DNA of 61,390 nucleotides, the filler included, from Rhabdomonas costata (lineage: Eukaryota), in assembly GCA_019059605.1 (NCBI GenBank). It is 18 parts of 18 records of this genome, joined end to end, with 100 filler letters (N's around TTAATTAATTAA, not from the genome) between each part and the next. Parts side by side here need not be neighbours in the genome. Positions count along the whole stretch, not along the records: positions 10,271 to 13,591 come from JAHMHO010001003.1; positions 13,692 to 17,013 come from JAHMHO010001004.1; positions 17,114 to 20,432 come from JAHMHO010001005.1; positions 20,533 to 23,850 come from JAHMHO010001006.1; positions 23,951 to 27,271 come from JAHMHO010001007.1; 13 more parts are not named here. One strand, written 5' to 3'. The first letter of the stretch is position 1. Every line of letters begins with the position of its first letter. The notes beneath the pieces are model-generated. The model ran no database searches. It was not told the origin of the DNA and saw nothing but the letters and a program-made list of their open reading frames with translations. The position numbers were made by a program, and so were the translations under genes. This document shows positions 13,470 through 24,861 of the stretch, one piece after another.

Positions 13470-13587
13470 TGTCAGGTGAACGGCATTCACGACCAACGTT
13501 CGCGAATGGCGCCCCCCCCATGGATTCAGATTCAGGGAGGGGGGGCGCCATTCGCGAACGTTGGTCGTGAATGCCGTTCACCTGACA
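13470..13587. repeat. Perfect inverted repeat, 49-bp arms (13470-13518 / 13539-13587), 20-nt loop, at contig end
   Basis: tgtcaggtgaacggcattcacgaccaacgttcgcgaatggcgccccccc is mirrored exactly downstream. Confidence 0.95.
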
Positions 13588-13889
13588 CACANNNNNNNNN
13601 NNNNNNNNNNNNNNNNNNNNNNNNNNNNNNNNNNNTTAATTAATTAANNNNNNNNNNNNNNNNNNNNNNNNNNNNNNNNNNNNNNNNNNNNGGGGTTGTT
13701 TTGCGCAGCAAACCACTTTTTGTCTTTTGCCGTCTCTTTTGTTGTCCCTTTTCATATCGAAACAAGAACTCTCTTTCGTTTTTTTTTTTACTTTTTTTTG
13801 TAGTTCTGCTTCTTCTTCTTCTTCTTCTTTCCTGGCTGGTGCTCACGCCTTTCCCCTTCGGGTTTAGAGCTTGTACACACCACCAGTGG

Positions 13890-16800
13890 ATGAGGATCGC
13901 GCTTCGGTTCAAGCCCTGCTTGCGTGTGGAGCCGGGCGCGCCGCCAGCGCTTCCCAGAATATCCTCCTCGGACTCTGATCTCTTTAGCGCTGGGACAGCC
14001 TCTTTGGAAGTGCAGGTAGTGGCTTGGGGTGGGGTCGCCATGGGCATGGATGAGGTGTTGTATGTGAGGGTTCCCGCCCAGACGGTTTCGATTTCAGCAA
14101 CCCCCGCTGGCCTACCATCTGCACCACCTGTGAAACGGTGCTCGTGTTGGCGGCTGCTTGACATTTGTGGCTCCGTTTAAAGCGGCGGCGTCCAAACCCG
14201 CAGGATCACTCAGTCAATCTTTGACATTGGTTGGTCGCAAAGAAGGTACCAAACAACAAAAATGGGAGCATGTAGGAAAAAAGTTGAACAAGGAGATGCA
14301 AAAATCTATCATAGAATGAAGAAATGGCGAGGAACGATTGGCCCGAAGCAGACTCTTTTTGCAAGTATGACAGTGAATAAAAATCTCCATGGAACTCCTT
14401 TTTGAGGCACAAGGGGCATTTTGGGGTCCTTCACAGCTCGCCGATGGGCGCCCCTTGGACGTCTCCCCCAGCGGGACCTCCTTGCGGGTCCACGGCGGCC
14501 ACCTTCCCATCTCAGCTTCTGCACCTGTGATGGACTACGGCGACCTCAAGATCGGTTTTGTTTTTATTTCGTGCGAAAGGCTTCCTTGGTTTCTCAGCGA
14601 GGGAGGCCCGGCTGTAGCTGATATGAGGCAGGGTTGATGACCTTTGGTGAAACCAACGCGTTTGTCTTGTCGATTGCCCGAGGCGAGGTCTGCGGCCATT
14701 TTCCACGGAAACGTACTGCAGTAGACGTATTGGCACTTTGAGCTGACACACTTGCAGACATTCATTCGCACGCATTCGCACACGCATTCACAACGATTTG
14801 TAATGATTATTTGAATAAAACGTCCACATCGAGTTGCATGACATTGGAAGCGCTCGGGAAGAACTTTTGCCCTTTTTGTTGTCATCCTGTCTGTGACTTG
14901 TTGCGATTGCAGGCCATGTCATCGGGCAGGGCAGCCAGGCAACCGTTCGCAAGGTGAAGGCCCTCTCCACAGGGGTGGTGTACGCCATGAAGTGCATCCC
15001 AGTGAGCGGACAGTCCCCGGAGACCACTCGGCTGGTACAGCGGGAGCTGTCACGGCTGGCCCAGGCCCACCACCCCAACATCGTGACCTACCACAACGCC
15101 TTCTTCGTGGGCAGCAAGCTGAAGGTGTCTGTGTCTGTATGGCATTTCTTATAATTCTTTGGCTGAGACGTGTGGAGAAATGTGAGATCAAGGTGGCTTC
15201 AGGAAGGCAACCAACCCTGTCCACTGGGTAAGTCGGTCCAAGCCTAAAGCGGGATTGAGGGCCCAAGTCCACAAAGGCAGTGTACGAGTGCGGAAGGTTG
15301 GGTACCCATAAAGAGATCTGTAAACGCGCCAGTCGGGTTGCCAAGGCCCCGGTAACACTGCGGATCGGGGTCACAGGGAGGAAGCGTGAGAAGAGATTAA
15401 TACAAGGCACTGTGGGCCGTCAAGGGTGTGGTCGGATGCCCCATTGAAGTCCAAGTGGGGATTGGACCCCAAGCCCTCCCCAGAGAGAATTTCCCCTTGC
15501 CAAGTGCACAAAAGGTGTGACATTGCTTGCAATACTCAGGCCCAGGCTTGAGCCCCACCGAAGCTTGTGCCTGGGACCTCCCATCACCACTTCTGTTTCA
15601 GGTATATTGGTGCGCTTTTCCTTCAGCCGTTCTGACTTGTGACCGTGCGATCGGTTTGTACCATCGTCTTTCACATGGTACTACGTTCGCCTGAAATTTG
15701 GGTCCTTGTCACGTACTCGGCAGACCTTGTGCGCATCCAATGTCATGTTTTGGCTTAACAGACACGAGGCTGATACACCTAGTTGGAACTGTTGATGTAA
15801 CTTTTTTTTTGCGTCGTGCAAGATTGTTATGGAGTTCATGAATGCGGGAACGGTGGCCGGCTTGCTGCGCGACGTGGGCCCTGTTCCGATGGAAGTATTG
15901 GGGATGCTCATGAGACAGGTCACTTGTTGCTTGCCTCTCGGATACAAAAGACGAGAAAGGCGTCTTTTCTTGCCTTTCCGTCGTTGCCGGGGTATGTAGT
16001 GCAGCAGAGATTCACAAAGTTCCACAAGAGAAGTGGTATAGAGGAGGCCTCCTCCTTACGACAATTTTTTTGGTGCAGCTGGAACAACGTTCCATTTTGA
16101 CCACATTCATCCTTTCCACAGGTGAGCTTGCCGTGAGTACCTGCCGAGGCATAGAATGCAGGAATGCTTCACAAAACTAAACTGACGACGAAGGAAGGGT
16201 GTTCTCTGAGAGCAGTGCACTACAATCCCCCTTTCTAGCTTTGTGAGAAGTTTCTGCAAACTCTGTGCCTCCAGTTTCTTGTGCTTCCCGAAGCAAGGAG
16301 TGCTGTGCTCTACAAAACAAGAGAAGTGATGGATGCCCCCTGTCATCGCCTTCCCACAGGTGAGCTGTGGGCTGGCCCACCTGCACCAGCAGGGCATCCT
16401 GCACCGCGATGTGAAGCCGTCGAACCTCTTAGTGAGCCGCGGCGGTGCGGTGAAGATCGCGGACTTCGGGATCTCGACGGTGCTGGGCCCAGTGGGCAGC
16501 AGCTACGGCTCCGCTGAGACGTGGGTGGGGTCGACGTGCTATATGAGCCCGGAGCGAATCCGTGGTCAGGCGTACGGGTCGTCTGCGGACATCTGGGGTC
16601 TGGGACTGACCTGCGCGGTGTCCCGTCTAGTTGCTGAAGTTTTGGGTGATATTTAACCTTGTTGCCCTTGCACTCGTGTCATGCCTTAGTTGGGGAGCAT
16701 ACACCGCGTTGCTGCCTTTGTCTGCTTTAGCAGATGTCGCACTTGAATTGTACTTGCTCGGTTTTCAGGAAGAGCTAGCAGTTTTGTTGAAACTGGGGCT

Positions 16801-16958
16801 CAGTTAAGCGGGTCGAAGCTCGAAGGGTTGCCCTTGATTCTCCCTTCTCAAAGGAATGTGCGCTTGGCGTTTTCCCGGTTGTCCCGGAGGACATTGTGCT
16901 GTCCCCGAATGCAGAAGTGAACCCCTTGCTGGCCGAAGTGAACATGTTCGACCTGGAG
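13890..16958 (+). CDS. MAP kinase kinase (STE7/MAP2K family), 3'-partial; exons 13890-14015, 14437-14554, 14913-15124, 15823-15918, 16360-16617, 16854-~16958
   Basis: IGQGSQATVRKV, VYAMK, HHPNIVTYH, IVMEFMNAG, HRDVKPSNLL, KIADFGIS, TWVGSTCYMSPERI, ADIWGLGLT, ECALGVFP. Introns are GT-AG and phase-consistent. Confidence 0.95.
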
Positions 16959-18217
16959 GCGTATGGATCCTCTCGCCCTTCCCCCTTGTCGCCTGGAATG
17001 CAACCACCCACAANNNNNNNNNNNNNNNNNNNNNNNNNNNNNNNNNNNNNNNNNNNNTTAATTAATTAANNNNNNNNNNNNNNNNNNNNNNNNNNNNNNN
17101 NNNNNNNNNNNNNGTGGGTGTGTTTGGTGGGTCTCTCCTCTGCAAAATCCTTCGTGTTCTTTGACTTTTGTGCGTGTGTGTGTGGTGTAGTTGTGTTTTT
17201 TTTGTGTCTTTGTGTGGGGTGTTGTTGTTTTGTGTTTTTTTGTGTTTATTTTGATTGGTCTAGATTATGTCAAAAACTGAGTTTAAGAAAAACTGCATTT
17301 TACATATGGGCTGATAGCCGCGGATTTGTGGGTTGCAGGTGCTATGAATGAAACAAGCAAGTGGCTTGGAACGCCGTTTGTAAGAAAAACGCGGGTGCAA
17401 GCCAGCGAATACAGAAAACAGAGGAAACGGGGACGAAAACGTACCTGCTCAGCCCATGTCAGTGCCGGAATTTCATGGTAGCTCATTTGCGTCCCAAAAA
17501 TGTAGTGGAAAAAAGGTAACAAATTGAGCCACATAACGCTGGTTCCACACTGCCGCAGTTCGCCATATCCTCGATTAGGGTTCCCTGTCCAAGGTCCAAA
17601 TGGGCGAACATGGGTTTTCCTTGGCAAGAAGGAAAATAAAGCCAAACAAAACAGTGTCCACATGTCCAGTATCGTCCGGACTGAGGCGACAACCTCAACC
17701 GTGTTCTTGCAAGGAAGCCGGCGATCAACAATCTGATGAAAGCGGAATTGAAAAGCAAAGAAAAGTCAGATTTTTGATTTGAGGCCCCTGTGATGCCTAC
17801 GCGTATCCTAACTTCCATGCCATTATGCAAATCTCCCAGAATGTCAGGTGAGAAGTTGGTCCCTTTGACATGTAGTTGTAAGTCTTGATGTTACTCGTTG
17901 GTCAGCAATAATCACCCAGCTCTAACAATGCCCCCCTGTTCAGTGCAGACAGAAGTGAACTTAACTTATCACTTCCGTTACCGTACCTTCCAGTATTTTG
18001 TGCGTGGCATTTGCTGCCGTGTTAGTCTTCTATGTAACCAGTCACTGAGACTCTTTTGCAGCAGAGGCGTCCAAAACCTGTGGCTGCAAATCTGTAGTGG
18101 TGTAGAAGTGGCAGCAAAGAGAGTTGTAAGCTAGATTGAATGAATGCACCTCAGGACCTCCTTAAGCGGTGCAGGAAGTGCGGCAATTTGAGATAATGGA
18201 GTGTAGCATAATGTACT

Positions 18218-18900
18218 GTGCTCTCTCAGCAGCCTAGGAAGAAGGGCTACTTGGTCAAATTCGAGAATCTGATGGATCTGTTTGATAATGATAAAGCTAT
18301 GTGCACATTGGCTTATGCCTGTACCTTCTGGAGGGCTGCGGTTACAATTGCCCAAGTCAATAATGGACTGGTATGGCTGCCTCCAGCCGATTTCAATGTG
18401 GATAAGAGTGAAGTCCGGCATCCGCATTCAGAGCCAAACAGCCATGCACAAACAGCGTCGTAGATGGATCAACTGTTTGTAGCATTGACAAGAAGACCAG
18501 ATCAAGATAGAGCTTGTGGTCTGAGACGTGGCATTCAGGAGGGCTTCATAAGCTGCCGGGTAGTTCACCGCATGGACCAGGACGCTCATCACACTGGTGT
18601 TGTCCACCACGTAGTAGTATGTAAATGGATTAGGCGGCTTGCATCAAGGCGACGATATCCCAATGGAACCAGATGACTCTGTGCGCGCAGTGCCAATACA
18701 ACATAAGTTGGATGAAAATGGAGCATACCGTTCCGTGAGGACAAATAAGTATCAGCGGTGTGGATGCGTGTGGCGTATTGCAGTGTAAGACGCAACGGAA
18801 TAACTACAGCGTGACCATGGAGAACACATCCTGTGGGATGTGTAGAGGAGACATTAGAAAACTCAGCATCGTTATGAGAGCGCCTATGACGCACAATCAA
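18218..18900 (+). pseudogene. Possible degenerate tyrosine recombinase of a DIRS/TATE/VIPER-like element
   Basis: Intronless, stop-interrupted coding-like sequence: DKAMCTLAYACTFWRAA (box I-like) and YCSVRRNGITTA (like HSxRRGGAT, box II). Confidence 0.3.
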
Positions 18901-20192
18901 TAGCCAAGAACTCATCTACCACCATGGCAAGCAGCACATTATCAGAGGCGCTTAGAAGCCATTACTATTTTTTCTATGAACCATACAATTTTGTATTTTT
19001 TGTAAATTTTTATCCGTTTGCACTTTTTTCGGCAGCAAAAAGTTTGGCCACATGACTCTGAATTACTTGAAACTTTTACCAACTTGGACCAAATCTTAAG
19101 GAAGCTAATTCGAAATCCATTTTGCTAAGGCAAAACGAAAATGAACGGTGCATATAAACGTAATGGGTCTTGCAGTTAGTTAGGTTTCCATGCACGTACG
19201 GGGTGTTCTGTGTGGATACACCAGAAACGTTCCACGGTTGGTGTGCAATTAATGCTCTCTTTTTTGACAGCCATGTTTACAATTTTGATTTGGAGGATTT
19301 GTGATCTGATGAGGCAACGTTTCTATTTTTGCATAATTTTGCATAATTTTACAATATTTTGCTTTTTGCGTCGCATGTTTTGGGTCAATCATTATGTTTC
19401 ACCCTGTTCCCTGTTCCCTGTTCCCTTGCCGCATCCTTTCTCACGATGTAGTTTGCTTCTGTGCATAGCTCTTGGCTCCGCGCTGCTAAATGCTGTGCCT
19501 TTCCAAAAAAAAAAGGTCCCGGGACACACCTCGCCGTAGTGTAGGAAGAAGCACCGCAGGAAGACAGCGTACCCGAAAAGAAAAGCCGGTGGGAATGAAC
19601 AAGATCTGAAGTCTGGAAGCAGGTGGAGAATTGCACAGGACTGAGCGCCAGGAAAGTAAGGTGAATAGTAGAGGCACCGGGAGAGGGGTGAAGAGGCGCA
19701 GTGACGAACACAAAACTGGCTTGTTAATTGACAAGGCTAAGTTTTCAGCAATATTTTCTGGCCTGTTGGCCTGCATTTTTTGGTGGTACTTGCGTCTCCG
19801 CCTTGTAAAAATGCACTTCAAGCCAAAATTTCGCCTCGGGTCGATTTTCTCTATATCAACTTTCCATTTTTACAAGGCGGAGACGCAAGTACCCCCTGGC
19901 ACTCACCCCAGCAAGCAGATCAAGGTCTGAGGCCTCAGCTGACGAGGCCAGAAGGGTCAGGGAAAAAGTAATTTTTCGGGTGCATTTTACTGCATCCAAT
20001 TCCGTGCAAAAGGGCAAAACAATGCAAAAAAAATGCGTTTCCAGCAGAAAATCGGGTCTCAAAAAATTACGCAAAAAATTGCAAAATTATGCCATGTTAT
20101 GCAAAAATATACAAAAAATGCGCTTTCAGCAGAAAATCCCGACCGTCCGAAAATGCAAAAAAAAAAAAAACGAAAGAGACACTCTCCTACAA

Positions 20193-20432
20193 TTACTTCC
20201 GTTCTCCGACAGCGCAAGCCAGAGAGAGCCACATAGCACACTGCACTGCACAGCAGTCAGCATTCGGGACAAGTACCTTGTGCTGGCCACTCCGCCACAC
20301 AGGCTTTGAGGGCTGGGGCTTCGGCGCAGGCTTGACCCTGGGCTTAACCGCAGAGGAGGAGAAGGAAGAAGACGAGGAGGAGGCTGCCACAGCCGCGGGC
20401 TTGGCCCGCTTGGCCCGGGGGAAGGCCGACGA
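20193..20432 (-). CDS. Exon of an unknown Ser/Pro/Lys-rich protein; probable donor near 20276, with further short exons likely downstream
   Basis: GC-rich open frame ...AAVAASSSSSSFSSSAVKPRVKPAPKPQPSKPVWRSGQHK ending at aag|gtact. Confidence 0.4.
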   Translation of the reverse strand, partial: SSAFPRAKRAKPAAVAASSSSSSFSSSAVKPRVKPAPKPQPSKPVWRSGQHKVLVPNADCCAVQCAMWLSLACAVGERK

Positions 20433-20949
20433 NNNNNNNNNNNNNNNNNNNNNNNNNNNNNNNNNNNNNNNNNNNNTTAATTAATTAANNNNNNNNNNNN
20501 NNNNNNNNNNNNNNNNNNNNNNNNNNNNNNNNTAATCAGGCCTGGCTGGGGTGGGTATTCTGCGCTAAGGTGCTGCTTTTTGCCAGGCAAACGTGGACTG
20601 GACAGGGATGGGACGGGCCTGGAATAGATCCAAGTACGTCTCGGTGTCCAAAGTCCGGATTGGACGATCCTGGTGTTGCTGGTTTTATTTTCTAACAGGC
20701 TAATACAGTCCGAAGATTTGCGCGGTAAAGGGCATCTATCTACTGAGGTCCAAAGTAATGAGCCAGGTTTGTCTTACTGCGTGATTACCAGGTCTTAGTC
20801 TTGGTTTGCCCTCGCGGCTCGTTTGTTTTTCTACTGGTGCGGAGACATCAGTGGAGCGGCTTGTAGTGATTTTCTTGTCGAGCCTTTTCCTAGTCACTTT
20901 CTCCAATTATTAGAACGTTCGTTTTCGCCTGGTTTGAACTATCCTACAG

Positions 20950-21610
20950 GTCAATTTCACGGCGACCTTTGGGGGCCAGGAGGATGTCGCTCTGCTGTGG
21001 AGTCAACGGTACCCGGCATGGCCAGGCCAGTTGCAAACCTTTGGTCCATCCAACCTAGCCCTGCGGACCATGTTTAACCTCCCCTGTGACAATCCGCCCA
21101 CTTTCATGTCAACGGACCCCGGATGGTATGCACTTGCCGTAGATGCAGCCTTTCTGAATCGCCCTGTTTTGGTCGCCCCCTCTCTTCTCTTCGTGGGATT
21201 CTTTCTTTTCATGTGCAGGCGTGAGGCCTTCTTTCCGTGCTGCTCATATTTCATGACAACCACCGCAGCCACAACCAAGATGGCCAAGGTGCTGCTGATG
21301 TTTATCGCGGGGCAGTTCTCCATTCCAGATAGGGTTCGGTTTGGCGTACAGCGAGATATCAGTTATGACGGGGAGAGGGTTGTGGTGTATTTCCTACTGA
21401 GCGCAATGCAGCTGATCGATGTCGTGGACTTCCCCCGATCTTGTCGCAATGGGCTTCCCGCGCCGGTGCGCACGCGGCTGCAGTGCGTGAAGTACCACGA
21501 AGTGGACGCCGTGTTCGACGCATTCATCAAGAAATACGTCCCAGATGCAGCTCTCCCTCTTAAAAATGTATTCCATTTCGCCGAGTGCTCCAATGGATCC
21601 ATTCGTAAAG
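20950..21610 (+). CDS. Exons of an unknown protein (20950-21125, ~21218-21610)
   Basis: ctacag acceptor, VNFTATFGGQEDVALLWSQRYP...DPGW, gtatg...tgcag intron, then REAFFPCC...VYFLLSAMQLIDVVDFP...NGSIRK ending at g|gttaat. Confidence 0.55.
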
Positions 21611-23130
21611 GTTAATGTTATGATTTTTGACCTTGTCGTTTTTCTATAGGGTTAATTTTCGCTTTCGTGTTGCTTTTTGGGTGTGTTGTGTTGCGATTTG
21701 GTTTAAGTCACTTACTGATTTTGTGAAATATCTTGACATCATTTTGCAAGAACTATGAATGACGACGATTTTGGTATATCAGAGTGCGCAGTGGGTTCAG
21801 GCCCAATGTGAAACGTTCAGTGATGGCAGGTTCCTTTTTTTGTCGCTTTTGTTATAACAGTCGGGTGTCAGCTGCTGTTCTTTTCTTTATCCACCACCAA
21901 CACTCTTGGTTGCAATTAGGTTTTTTTTGTGTTAGAACGGTAAGCCATTCTACAGCAGCTTAGAAGGCCACATGAACAAAGTTGGGAGGATGATATTCGT
22001 CAAAATTCGGACAGGAGTTTTGGCGCAATGGAGTGATTATGGTCCAAAATGTCGCTGGGTTGGATAATATTTTGTGACAGTCCTCATGCGGTTTTTGCAG
22101 CGATTGTAATAGCAACCAACAATTCTCAGCACGTCTGAAGGCCACTGCACTAGGCTTTCGCGGGTTGAACCGCGGTTAACCGCAGACATCTCATACCGTG
22201 CCGGTCACCGCCGCTCCATCCACTTACGCAATGCCAGTCCTTTTTATGTTGTGCCCGCGGCGTCCGCCGCAAATCCGAATTGCGACTTTGCCGGTCTCAG
22301 ACACAGGGGTTGATGGGAAAGGGGCGGCCGGGAAGGGGCCCCGACGGAGCCGCTCGTCACCCGTGGGGAACAGAGGATACTTCCAAGCCGCAGGCTATAT
22401 GCCTAACAGTTCATCATACGCCGCTCCGGCGTAAGAAATTTGACACCGGACTCGAACAGAAACGGCGGTCAAAGCGGCATGGGCTTACAAAGTTGAAAAT
22501 TCGGAAGAAAGGCCTTTTGGGATCAAGCGTAACACGCGCCAGGCCGGGGAACCACCAAAAGACGAGAGCACGACAAAAAGGAAATGGAATGCGCAAAACG
22601 GAAGGCGAGCATAAAACCATAATCCCGCCGGCACCACGAGGAGGGCGGCGGCACGAAAGCGACACTGAAACGGGAAAATGATACGCGGAGTCATCGGCGT
22701 TTTCCAAAATACAACCAAGGTTTGTGGCCCCCCTCCCACACTTAGTTTTGGGTAAGACCATTTTGCCAACCAACAGCCATAAAGGTGTGATGGGGATTGT
22801 TGCTCATTGATAGTTGATCGTTGCTTGTCACGGGGGGCTTACCCAAACGAAGACCGCGCCACTGGATAAAAAAGCCGGAAAAAAATTGATGGTCTGCCAC
22901 TTTTACCTTGCTTCACACCACAGATCAAATTGCAAACTGTCCTTTTTTGTTCCGGGACCATTTTCTTTCTGTTTACCTCCCCCCCGATGTCTTTCGCGGC
23001 GCCGTCGGTAGGACCCGATATTCCGCTGGTCCATAGGCCTTCTTGATCAAGTAAGGCTGCTTCCGGAGCGCCCCGACGCCACAAAGGGGGCGACCTACCC
23101 CACTCTTGTGTCGGAGCGAGCTCTTCGTGA

Positions 23131-23850
23131 GGTGGCGGGCGACCCCAGAAGGCCACCCGACGTGACCCCTTTCTTCTGGCGCTGAATGCTGTCTTCGCCG
23201 CTAACTCGCTGCCGCGCCGCAAGCATACACTGGTTCTCCGCACCCAACCCCCACCACCAGCTTCAGAATCTCATCGGTTGCGCTCCCAGAGCCGCTTCGT
23301 GACGATCGGAGGCCGCCAGCTGTACGTCACTAACCGGGGCCAGCAGTATGACATCTCCCAGCCCCCACATCGCCCCTGCAGCAGATGTGGGGCCTTTCAT
23401 TGAAGCTGGCCATGCCCCGTGCAGCTATCCCGCCATCCGCACGCCACAGCCCAGCAAAACTCCTCCGGAGGAGTGGGTGCCCTCGTGCAGCCCCACTTCC
23501 GTTGATGCCAACGCACAATTTGCTCCCACTTTCCCCTCTTGCTTTCGGTTACCTCCACTCCACATTCCTCCTCCACTGACCCTTCCTCCCCCGACAACGT
23601 CCCACTCGTCAGTCATCTGCTTCAGTACCTCCAGGATGCCTCCGCCTCCCAAACCAACCTCCTCACAGTTCAGTCTGGCGCCCCATGCCCCCACAGCTAC
23701 GGCCCTGAATCGTCTACGCCCTCGCAAACCAACCCCAGGCACGTACACTTTTCAACACATCCACCGCTCTGCGTTTCATCCGCTCCATCCCCGCGAAGGG
23801 CTGCTCCCAACTCACCTGGCACAGCTTCCGCCGTGGTGGCGCAACAACCC
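23131..23850 (+). pseudogene. Degenerate retroelement gag-like segment with a CX2CX3HX4C zinc knuckle and a Pro-rich tract
   Basis: The frame from 23131 reads ...RQLYVTNRGQQYDISQPPHRPCSRCGAFH*SWPCP, with TGA at 23401 where Trp is expected. A Pro-rich overlapping ORF follows. Confidence 0.4.
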
Positions 23851-24861
23851 NNNNNNNNNNNNNNNNNNNNNNNNNNNNNNNNNNNNNNNNNNNNTTAATT
23901 AATTAANNNNNNNNNNNNNNNNNNNNNNNNNNNNNNNNNNNNNNNNNNNNGGATGAAAGAATTGTTTCCCATTGTAAACCTGTCAGCGTTATTGCTTGTA
24001 GTGGTTTGAAGGCACGAAGCTCAGCTCAGCTTTTGCAGTATATATCAATGTTTCCAGATGTGCGGGTGGCCGTAGCTGTTGTTTTTCTTCTAAGTTTTGA
24101 CGTGGGACAGGCCAGATCTTCAGAGGGCACGGTGCCGTGGGGTACCTTAGAGGGCTCGCCGCCGTGCGTTATCAAGGGAAGAGTGTGTGTGCGTTACCGG
24201 AACAGCGCACCTCCATGGACACATGGGTTTCCGCATGCGCCTTGCCCCAATCTGCCATCCCCCCCGGCACACAAATTCGGAAGAAAGAATTAAAATAACC
24301 AAATACAGTGGTGGCAATTATCAACCAGTAATTGCGGCCAATGGCAGGAAAAAACTGCAGGCAAACACGTGCTCGCGCTCACAGTACAGAGCAGCCAAAA
24401 AATCGCAATGGACACGATTATTTCACCCACCCAGAAATTGGTCAATAATTGTCAATTGCGAATTTTTTCAGCAGCCGAGGACAATGTTCGCGTTTTGTCA
24501 CGAAACCCACGCAAAAGTGGGTGAAATTAGGTGCCCACAGAAATACTGTCGAATATGCAGCTACAACTCGTTCGGAATAAAGAAAAATGTTGCATCGCTT
24601 CAACCCAAACGGTGAAAAGGTCGCAAAGGTTTTGGATTGGATTGAAAGGATTGGAGGAGGGGGTCATGACAGCGACCTGCGATCTTGGTGGTGCTGCCAA
24701 CGGAACACCCCACCATTGACCTCCCAGTTTGGACACGTATTTTGAACCCCGTACTTCCCGGCGGAAGCATGTGGAAATTCTAGAATTGGTAGGGTTGGAA
24801 AACCAGGCAGTACCCTATCAAAACATTTGGTTGTCACTCCCCCTTCTCGACCCCAACAAAC

